Shown here one piece after another: positions 1 through 9,907 of a stretch of 64,000 nucleotides of DNA; within the stretch, counting starts at the first letter, position 1; every line of letters starts with the position of its first letter. A program made the position numbers and the translations under genes. The notes beneath the pieces were generated by a model. The model saw only the letters and a program-made list of their open reading frames with translations. It was not told the origin of the DNA and searched no databases. The DNA comes from Podarcis liolepis (taxonomy: Eukaryota): assembly GCA_965112155.1 (NCBI GenBank), contig OZ218107.1. The stretch is one strand, 5' to 3'.

Positions 1-735
1 TATATGAGAGGTGTTCAGCATTTTTTCAGTATACAGTGGTGATTATGTATATGACCATTACCGGACACAGTATTTGCCCATAGTGAACCTGGTGCATGGA
101 ATGCTCTTGTCTCATCTCGATGGTGGGGTCAAAACTTATTGAAGTGGAATTTCTCAAGGGTCTTCTGACTGGGTCTAGATAATGATGTCCTCAATGAAGA
201 GGAGGGTACAGAAGCTTGAAGAAGTGTTGTTCTGAATCAGCCACAGAACATATTATTAAACAACGTGAATACTCACAGCAGTGCTTTTGACAGGGTGATG
301 TATGGAAACTATTCAACATATCAAATTAAGACGGGGATTAGAATCCCCTTTACTCAAAATCCATTATGTGAAGAAAGTGAAGGCAGCAGAGGGAATTAAC
401 GCAGACATACTTATTCTGCAGGGGGCTCGTGGATATGGAAAATACTTCCCAGAAGTATTTGTAAACTTCTGTCTTCGCCTTTAGGAAAATGTGCAAAACA
501 TTCTTAAGAAATCATTATCTTGCATTAACATTTTTGATTCATGAACTTATAACTTGAAACTCTTGCAATAGAGCATACTCTTTCTTTGAGAAATTATTTC
601 CATAAAATACTACAATGTTTAGTAGGAAGACGAGTCACTGTATTTTTTCAATTCCACTTCAATGCCAGGCAATTTTAAATTTACATAAATTAAAATGGAT
701 GATACATGTGGATCTCACTGATTTAGATTGTAGAC

Positions 736-868
736 CAGATGTAGGGAACTTTTGGAGTTCCAGATGTTGCTGAAGTTCAAGTCCGATCATTCCTGGTCAC
801 CAGCTCTGCTTGTTGGGACTTGAAGTTCAGCAACATTGGGGGGGGGGCGCAAAAGTTTCCTACACCTG
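736..868. mobile_element. Palindromic hAT-type MITE (degenerate)
   Basis: Inverted ends cagatgtagggaact / agtttcctacacctg; internal inverted arms (atgttgctgaagttcaagtcc / ggacttgaagttcagcaacat); imperfect 8-bp flanks ttgtagac / tttcagac. Confidence 0.75.
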
Positions 869-1398
869 TTTCAGACCATGCCAGCTATTCAGAGAATCAT
901 TAGGACCAAGTAGGCTTTCAGATGATGTTGCCAGTTTTAGTTCCAGTGTAATTATGGTGCTCCTTCTGTATCAGCTGTATTTTTCTATATTCTTTATTTA
1001 TTATTACCTTTGGGTCCCAGAAGAGAATTGCAAGTAAAATGTCGGCCATGATCATGAGTGGAAGGGAGTTTGTATATGCTAAAGACTCATGAGGTTGTAT
1101 GTAATATAGTGTACCTCTGTTTACAAACATGCATTGCACTCCCCACTGCACACACAATGAGACCCCAACAAGTATGAGCCAGGCCATTCAGTTTTGGGGA
1201 AGAGTTTCCCCCGCTCACTGTACCAATATCCTCAAATGCAGCAGTTTACTTTCCTCCCTAGAAAAAAAATGGCAGCAATCAATTTATATAGGAGAAAGTA
1301 AAAAGGTGGACTAATGGATATTGTTATGCGTGTCTAAACTTGCTCCCTGGCACTGGTAACGCCAGTGGACTCAACCAATGGGAATCATGAGCATTCTA

Positions 1399-1549
1399 CA
1401 TAGAATCATAGAATTGTAGAGTTGGAAAGGACCCTGAGGATCATTTCAGTCCAACTCTCTGCAATGCAGGAATATACAGCTGTTCCATATGGGGACCAAA
1501 CCTGCAACCTTGACATTATCATACTCTCTAAACAACTGAGCTATCCAGG
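1399..1549 (-). mobile_element. tRNA-derived SINE with a CR1-type 3' tail
   Basis: Minus strand reads ggatagctcagttg (A-box) ... ggtttggtccc (B-box-like) ... ttccaactctacaattctatgattctatg (CR1 tail). Confidence 0.75.
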
Positions 1550-2138
1550 ATGTCTAAGCCTAATTATACTTGCATAGCTGCATCTCTTCATCTACATACC
1601 ACTATTATAAGTTAGAATGTTCTTTTGTGTGTAGATTTTTAAATAATGGCTAGTCATTCCACCCGCCATCTCAGGATTGGCAATCACATTTGAAGATAAT
1701 TTCAACAGTGAAGTAGAAAATATTCTTCTATTTAGGGAAATATTTTGTTCTGTGTCAGCTTTAAAACAAATATTACAGTTGAAATACATTGTATGTCGTT
1801 GCAAATGCAGCAGGTGATTTCACTGTTTCCCCTGCTTTGGTTTTAATAGTGGAATCACTGTACCGCTTTTTAACTCAGCCTCTTGTCTCTTTGGCAGTAT
1901 AAAGTGTTGCAGTGAAAATATCAAATAAAGCTACTGCATCGTGCATGGTTCTCCTTCACGAACATGTATAGCTTTCTTGGATTACAGTCCTTATGCATGG
2001 CATACTGTGGCCTGGTTGCCAACATGCCATTAAAGCTCTGAAATAACTACCAACTTGATATCCCAGAAAATCTGGTTCTCTCTCAAATAACCACTGAGAA
2101 AACAGCTTGAGAGCTTTTCTTTCTCTCTTTTTCTCCAG

Positions 2139-2299
2139 TTCCAAAACCCAAATGCTTTCTCACCACCTTTCCGCTTTGGGACAGTTCCTAATGGCAGTAC
2201 AGAGAGGAACATTCGCAACAATTACGAACTGATGCACGCCTACATGGTGAAGTTCAACCAAAGATCGGTGGGAGATGCGCTATCCTCATTAAAGACAGG
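2139..2299 (+). CDS. GRIN2B: GluN2B coding exon, S2 ligand-binding segment ([54 protein letters not shown])
   Basis: Polypyrimidine tract plus ttctccag acceptor ending at 2138; GG|gtaag donor at 2300; 161 nt. Manual translation gives the GluN2 [18 protein letters not shown] motif. Missed by the ORF track. Confidence 0.97.
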
Positions 2300-4180
2300 G
2301 TAAGATTGCCTCTTCTAAGGTTGCTAATGTAAACCTGTGTGTCTTGGGATTTGAAGAACCTTCTCCCTAATATTCCTGCTGCTAAAACATTGCATGTAAT
2401 CCATGTACCACAACGTTGTCAAGAACAATTTATCTCATCCATTATTATTATTATTTGTTCTTTTTGGCTAGATACCGTATGTGCAAGTAATATAGCAATG
2501 ATTCTTCCCCTTCTTGCATCAATGCAGACTTTCTGAAAAGCAGATTAGCTGGTGGAAATATTGCCGTAAGCTGCAATGCAATAGTTGTGGCTAGACATCA
2601 CCTAAAATTCTTTATTATTGAAATAACTGTGATATTATCTTAATCCCTAATGTTAATTGCTATATAAAAATATTAGTAAGTTGGGGATCCTAACCACTTT
2701 TAAATGAGGGCTGCATCTTTTCCATGGTAAACACACACACACTATACTTGTGTAAACTCACAGGTAGCCCTATTCCATTGATTCAGCTCATGTTCTGTAT
2801 CAGCGTATGAACTGGGAGCAGAACTACACTGACTAACCTTGCTCTTGATGTCACAGGTGTTTTATGAAGGAGTCTAGATCATCAGTGACAGAATAGCAAT
2901 CTTCTGAGGAAAAACCAGTTGTGGAGAATTACAGCACCTCTTTGGGGTCTTCTGTGTTCAATAGCTGTCATTTTTGCATACAACGAATATATTTCCATTA
3001 TGCCTTTGGCATCTGCACATAAAGCACAAATGTCTGCAAGGAAGAGGCCTTCACATGTCATGCTGTGCCTCAAAGGCTTCCTCCCTGCAGATGTGGATAC
3101 TAGGGTACAGCTAGTTGGTGCACATTTTATAATGGGAGAGGGTAAGGGCCCCACTTATGCTTTGCTGCAAGGCATGATTCAGGTTGCCTGAATAGAACTT
3201 TTAAATTCTTGGGTGCCAGGGAACCATGACTGAACCATTTTGCAAAGGCTCCATACAACTTCTGCACCTATGTAACTGGTTTGCCATGTGACTTAAGTTA
3301 TTTCTCAACAAATTTCTTTTTGGGTGCAGCTGCTGCTGTCCCAGAAACCTTCTGACCCACCTGGCGAGCTATGATTTTTCCATTACATTTGAGGTTATTA
3401 ATTCCTTTCTCCTCTTCCTCCTCTACATTGCCCAGAAATCAGATTATTCTACTGGTGGAGGGAGGACTGCCTATACACAGTTTGTTCCCTGGAGAATGCA
3501 AATTAAAGTTTTTATTTGTCATGCTAGGCTGCTACTCACCTGATAACCTGTAACAAATAAGGATAATTTCCAGGTGACCAGACAGGGCAGCTTGGGGTCT
3601 ATTTTTCTTGTTGGGGGGGGGAGGGAATATCACTATGCCACCCTTTCTACTCATATAAAGACAAACTACACATTATGTAAATCCATGTGGAAATATTTGA
3701 GCAATGAAGACAGGAAATGCTTCATGGTGCAAACAGAATAAGGCAGCAATTCTATCTCTGAATGCTTCAAAATGTAGCTGGTGCAAACACACCCTTATTG
3801 CTGGGACTAGTAATTTATTTTTCTGATTGGGCACTGATTCTTTTTCTTCTTTCTTTCTTTTGAGGTTAGTGGGACCCCATAAAGCTAAAGTTACTGCCCT
3901 CATAGGGAGACATAACTTGATCTCCTAACCACTTGTCATCTTTAAAGATGCCTATGGGATTCTTCCCATAAGCAGGGGTCCTGGTTGAAGCTAATTTGAG
4001 TAATTACATTTTGGCTAATGCTATCTTTCCAGCTGCTTGGTTGGGGAAATGGTCTGCTTTGCTTTCTTAATTCACGACATAGTTGTGGTAGGAATGCTGC
4101 TGAATTCACAAGCTGAAGAAGAAAGCATTGTTCAGTCATAAATGAAATGGTTTACATGGGCTGCATAGGCATCTTTAAAT

Positions 4181-4310
4181 CAAAGTTAACTAAATTGTGG
4201 CCCTCCAAATGTTGCTAGACTCCCATCATCTCTGACCATTCGCCATACTGCCTGCGCCTAATGGGAGCTGCACTCCACCAATGTCTGGAGAGCTACAGTT
4301 TAGCACCCTG
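4181..4310. mobile_element. Palindromic hAT-type MITE (old copy, same family as 29205-29340)
   Basis: gccctccaaatgttg..actcccatcatc..tgggagctg..atgtctggagagc core shared with the 29205 copy; tttaaat / tttagat flanks. Confidence 0.65.
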
Positions 4311-4473
4311 TTTAGATCCATTGGAAGATGCTACGGATTTGTGTGGTGATGCTACAACCTGCCCTCAATGTTTATTGTGCCCAAGCAATTGTTCAGCCTG
4401 GCTTCCTCTGTGGTTGGTTACCTGAGGTCACATGGGAGCTCTTAACTTCCTTCAGCATCACATAATGATTTAG

Positions 4474-4722
<249 letters not shown>

Positions 4723-5021
4723 TGATCTGGATGAGGAACTAGGAATGCGCCTCCATTGAGTGAAGCTACTTCCTACTTCCCTACTTACTACTAATTCTAA
4801 GACAACAACAACAACTAATCAGCAGCAATGCTATTATTTTTTTGTTACTCACCCGTACTATGAACTTCTGGTGTATAGTGGCTATTCTATTTTGTAGCTA
4901 TTATTTATTTATTAAAAATAAGTTTATATGTGGACCCATCACCCCACTGCCCCAGTATAGTTTTCAGGCTAGGTTAATCCAACATAAGTGAGGAATTGAG
5001 GAATGGAGGGTTAGGGAGGAT

Positions 5022-5158
5022 CAGTTCTATTTTTCTAGAAAAAGAGGTGCCGGAACTCACCACGAATGCCTCCCTTGTTCTCTTAGAATGGCAATGACAC
5101 CCACCAGAGAGGTGCGGGAACTGAGCTCCAGTGAGTTTCAGCTGAAAAACAAGCCCTG
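5022..5158. mobile_element. Non-autonomous hAT element with a perfect 8-bp TSD
   Basis: GGGAGGAT duplicated at 5014-5021 and 5159-5166; short imperfect TIRs (cagttct / agccctg); second copy at 40049-40183. Confidence 0.85.
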
Positions 5159-5212
5159 GGGAGGATCTTTCATTTCTAAATAGTAGATCATGAGAGGAAA
5201 AGCTGCGCTTAA

Positions 5213-5521
<309 letters not shown>

Positions 5522-6204
5522 TGACCGTTCCCTCCATCCAAGCCAACTCAGGCTTGGAGTTTTATTATTCAGCAATTTTATCTACTATGCTTCTAGACCT
5601 CAAAATAGCCTTTCTCATTACTTCCCCTTGTGCCTATGGCTGTCATTTCTGGCCTCTATGTAAGAGGCATTTGGCCTTAAGAGAGAAAATATGGGAAAGG
5701 AAAATGGAACTTTGAAAGGTTGGGAGAATCTAAATTCTTGGGACAGTGGCCTCAGCCTCTTCTTTAACAAGGTGTGAATAAGTTTTCTGTAATTCTTGGT
5801 AATTTATCTGAAAGAACAAGAGCATCCTTGCTATACAGCAGGTGGAAGCCACCTGTTTGAAGCAGCAGTATAAGAGGTGCTTGGATGAAGGCAGGACCTG
5901 GTCTCTGAATGGTACAGCAAGACTTTTTAAAGTGTTGGTTCAGGGGTGGGGGAGTGGCCTTTGCTTCAGAGTAAATGTCTTGGAGAAGCTTAATGAAAGA
6001 CTCAAAACAAGAAGGGGTTTGTTTTTTTTTGAGCAGAACATTGTGTAGAACTCTGACTTTTAGGTAACTCCCCTCCCCCCATGTTTCTGAGCAGATTTTA
6101 CTGACGGAAACAAAGGACACTTAGATCAGAAGCTTTCTCTCTCGCAAATAATTTCTGTATGAATTTCCTTGAATTCCAAAATTCTTTCCCTTTCATTATT
6201 TCAA

Positions 6205-6575
6205 ATATTATTATTTATTTAGTACAATAAGCTACACAACAATACAATAAGCTACACATANNNNNNNNNNNNNNNNNNNNNNNNNNNNNNNNNNNNNNNN
6301 NNNNNNNNNNNNNNNNNNNNNNNNNNNNNNNNNNNNNNNNNNNNNNNNNNNNNNNNNNNNNNNNNNNNNNNNNNNNNNNNNNNNNNNNNNNNNTTAAAAC
6401 AGCAGCTATCATTAGATCAGAGCCTGAAAAATCCAATTATTTCCAAATGCTTGCAGAAAGAGATGAGTCTTCAAACTAGCAAAAACTAAACAATCAAGGG
6501 GCAAGCAGCACTTCCTGGGGGGTGGCATTCCATAGCCAGGGCACCACCAGTAAGAAGGCCCTGCTACTAGTTATC
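6205..6575 (-). mobile_element. L2-like LINE 3' fragment (interrupted by an N block)
   Basis: (ttat)-type tail followed by gcattccatagccagggcaccaccagtaagaaggccctg, typical of squamate L2 3' ends in reverse. Confidence 0.55.
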
Positions 6576-6794
6576 ACTCCAATTTGTGAGCTGTGGAAAA
6601 CATACAAGAAAGTTCATTTCTCTGTCCAGTTAGAGATTATGAACTGCACAAGGCTGCATTGACAGATCCCAGCCAATATTATTACATTGTGTGATGCTGC
6701 ACTAAGGAATCAGATGCTCCTGCATAAGCTGACTTTCACTTAATAAATTCATCAGTTTGAGTCTTCCTAGGATTAAATATGATTTGGAGGTGAC

Positions 6795-7010
6795 AATCAT
6801 AGAATCATAGAGTTGGAAGAGACCACAAGGGCCATTGAGTCCAACCTCCTGCCAAGCAGGAAACACCATCAGAGCACTCCTGACATATGGTTGTCAAGCC
6901 TGTGCTTAAAGACCTCCAAAGCAGGAGACTCCACCACACACCTTGGCAGCAAATTCCACTGTCGAACAGCTCTTACTGTCAGGAAGTTCTTCCTAATGTT
7001 TAGGTGGAAT
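6795..7010 (-). mobile_element. CR1 LINE 3' fragment (5'-truncated)
   Basis: aatcatagaatcatagagttggaag tail, then ctcttactgtcaggaagttcttcctaatgtt (reverse of the CR1 ORF2 end, NIRKNFLTVR). Confidence 0.9.
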
Positions 7011-8008
7011 AACAATGTAAATGTTCATTGTTAAAATATGGATTTTTTTCATCATTACTTTCTTTGCTTAACAGACTAGGCTCTTGATTGTAAAACTCTG
7101 ATCCATTTTTAGGATGCTTTTAAAATGTGGAATTCTTTGACCAGAAAAGTCAAACTCTGACAAAGTATTAAGACAGCGTAATTCTGGTTGGGGAAATCTA
7201 TTTTGTATAACTTCCTAATTTATACAATTCTTTATAAGGACTAGGGAGAAAGAGCTGGAACTCAAACAGCAATTGTGGGTCAGAGTCTGTAATCAAGATG
7301 AATAACAATGGCTAGAGGCTATGCAGAGGGTCAGGAAACTGTGCCAAGTGAACCAATATGTTGTACCTCTAAAAGTCATGTCCTGACAGTCTCAAATTTC
7401 TGATTGGTTATATGTTTACTCAAACCTGTTTCCAAGATCTGTAAACTAAAGAATATTTGCAACTCTTTTAGCGTATTCTAAGTAAGAAGTATCACCTTAA
7501 ATCACGCCTAGAAACTAAATGTAAACAGGTGCTGTGGATCAAAGGCTTGTCTAATGGCCTATCTGCAGTATTTGGAGATTCAGAATAATCTCATGTGCAT
7601 GATTACAAACTGTCTGAAGCGCTTACCAGAGCATTGGAAAACAGTGATCAAATCCTGCAGCTAGTGCATAAGGTGTAACCCTTAAGACGGTACTCCTGAC
7701 CACAGCACTGCTGAGCATCTGATCTGTAAGAAACATCTGCAACCATGTCTTAAAAAAAACCCCACTTCAATAAAGGTCTGAATAAATTTTAAGATTTATT
7801 TCAGTTTAATAATGAAAGGGCAAGGGATAGAGGGGCAAAGGTGGAGGAAGATTAAAAGTGGAAGAACCATTATGAGAGTGTCTAGATTGTCTCATCTCCC
7901 AACGATATCCCACTGAGGACAAGGTTTTTTGTCTCAGTCCTCCAAGCTCTGCAGCTCCCCTGCTGGAATGCTCCTCTGCTAACCTCCCTTTGCTTTCCCC
8001 AATTGCAG

Positions 8009-9907
8009 GGTATTTACAGCTGCATCCATGGAGTGGCTATCGAGGACCGCCATTCTTCCATGAACTCCCCCACTGCCACCATGAACAATACCCATTCCAA
8101 CATTTTGCGCCTGCTCCGAACAGCAAAGAACATGGCAAACCTTTCAGGTGTCAATGGCTCACCACAAAGTGCCCTGGATTTTATCCGTCGCGAATCCTCT
8201 GTCTACGATATCTCTGAGCACCGCCGTAGCTTCACTCACTCCGACTGCAAGTCTTATAACAACCCCCCCTGCGAGGAAAACCTCTTCAGTGATTATATTA
8301 GTGAGGTGGAAAGGACCTTTGGTAATCTGCAGCTGAAAGAAAGCAATGTTTACCAAGACCATTATCATCACCACCATCGCCCCCATAGCATAGGGAGCGC
8401 CAGCTCCATCGATGGACTATATGACTGTGATAATCCACCCTTCTCCGCACAGCCTCGATCTCTCAGTAAGAAGCCATTAGATATCGGTTTGCCGCCGGCC
8501 AAACATGGCCAGTTAGGTGACCTTTATGGCAAGTTGTCTTTCAAGAGTGACCGATACAGCGGTGGAGGGGCACACGACGATTTGATCCGTTCAGATGTCT
8601 CGGACATATCGACTCATACCGTGACTTATGGCAACATTGAGGGCAACGCTGCAAAGCGGCGAAAACAGCAGTATAAAGATAGTCTAAAGAAGCGGCCAGC
8701 CTCGGCCAAGTCACGGAGAGAGTTTGATGAGATTGAACTGGCCTATCGCCGGCGTCCCCGTTCCCCTGACCACAAGCGCTACTTTAGGGACAAGGAAGGG
8801 CTACGGGATTTCTATTTGGACCAGTTCCGGGCTAAGGAGAACTCACCGCACTGGGAACATGTGGATCTGACAGATATTTATAAAGAGCGGGGAGATGACT
8901 TCAAGCGTGACACTATAGGGGGAGCAGGGACATGTACTAACAGGACCCACCACAAACACGGGTCGGGGGAGTTTGGAGCAAACAATGAGCACAAGCACAG
9001 TGTTGTGAGTGGGGTACCAGCGCCATGGGAGAAAAACCTCACCAATCTCGATTGGGAGGAACGCCCTGGCGCTAACTATTGCCGCAGTTGCCCATCGAAG
9101 CTGCATAACTACACTCCGACCGTGGTGGGGCAGAATTCCACCCGCCAGCCATGCATCCGGTGTGAAGCCTGCAAGAAGGCCGGAAACCTCTACGACATCA
9201 GTGAGGACAACTCCCTCCAAGAGCTGGATCAGCCATCTGCTCCTGTGCCCGTGGCAACCAGCACCTCCACTACCAAGTATCCTCAGAGCCCTTCCAACTC
9301 TGCCTCCAAGGTGCAGAAGAAGAATCGCAACAAGCTACGCCGGCAGCACTCCTACGACACCTTTGTGGATCTGCAGAAGGAAGACGCCGCCCTGGCCCCT
9401 CGCAGCGTCAGCCTGAAGGACAAGGGCCGCTTTTTGGAGGGAAGCCCCTATGCCCACATGTTTGAGATGCCAGCCAGCGAGTCCACTTTTGCCAACAACA
9501 AGTCCTCAGTGCCCGCCACCAGCCACCACCACCACAACAATCCTGGCATTAGTGGTGGTTATATGCTCAGCAAGTCGCTCTACCCCGACCGGGTCACTCA
9601 AAACCCTTTCATCCCCACTTTTGGGGATGACCAGTGCTTGCTCCACGGCAGCAAATCCTATTTCTTCAGGCAGCCTGTGGTGGCAGGAGGGCCCAAGGCC
9701 AGGCCAGACTTCNNNNNNNNNNNNNNNNNNNNNNNNNNNNNNNNNNNNNNNNNNNNNNNNNNNNNNNNNNNNNNNNNNNNNNNNNNNNNNNNNNNNNNNN
9801 NNNNNNNNNNNNNNNNNNNNNNNNNNNNNNNNNNNNNNNNNNNNNNNNNNNNNNNNNNNNNNNNNNNNGTTTATGAGAAACTTTCCAGTATTGAGTCTGA
9901 TGTCTGA
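8009..9907 (+). CDS. GRIN2B: GluN2B terminal coding exon: intracellular C-terminal domain (GIYSCIHG...RRQHSYD...[11 protein letters not shown]), 156 nt masked
   Basis: ttgcag acceptor ends 8008; 632 codons to TGA at 9905-9907. Contains the CaMKII site [10 protein letters not shown], the Cys cluster CRSC/CIRCEAC, the YEKL AP-2 motif and the ESDV PDZ ligand. Confidence 0.98.
   Translation, partial: GIYSCIHGVAIEDRHSSMNSPTATMNNTHSNILRLLRTAKNMANLSGVNGSPQSALDFIRRESSVYDISEHRRSFTHSDCKSYNNPPCEENLFSDYISEVERTFGNLQLKESNVYQDHYHHHHRPHSIGSASSIDGLYDCDNPPFSAQPRSLSKKPLDIGLPPAKHGQLGDLYGKLSFKSDRYSGGGAHDDLIRSDVSDISTHTVTYGNIEGNAAKRRKQQYKDSLKKRPASAKSRREFDEIELAYRRRPRSPDHKRYFRDKEGLRDFYLDQFRAKENSPHWEHVDLTDIYKERGDDFKRDTIGGAGTCTNRTHHKHGSGEFGANNEHKHSVVSGVPAPWEKNLTNLDWEERPGANYCRSCPSKLHNYTPTVVGQNSTRQPCIRCEACKKAGNLYDISEDNSLQELDQPSAPVPVATSTSTTKYPQSPSNSASKVQKKNRNKLRRQHSYDTFVDLQKEDAALAPRSVSLKDKGRFLEGSPYAHMFEMPASESTFANNKSSVPATSHHHHNNPGISGGYMLSKSLYPDRVTQNPFIPTFGDDQCLLHGSKSYFFRQPVVAGGPKARPDFXXXXXXXXXXXXXXXXXXXXXXXXXXXXXXXXXXXXXXXXXXXXXXXXXXXXVYEKLSSIESDV
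9713..9868. other. N block (156 nt) inside the GRIN2B CDS; other N blocks at 6261-6393, 28367-28523, 35478-35606 and 42969-43168
   Basis: Direct count of N characters. Confidence 0.98.

Noticed and set aside
8003-8008. ORF-track start 'MQ' of the 634-aa ORF (likewise the starts at 4516 and 5249 and the read-through tails)
   Set aside because: These are intronic TTG or internal ATG codons; the real boundaries are the splice sites.
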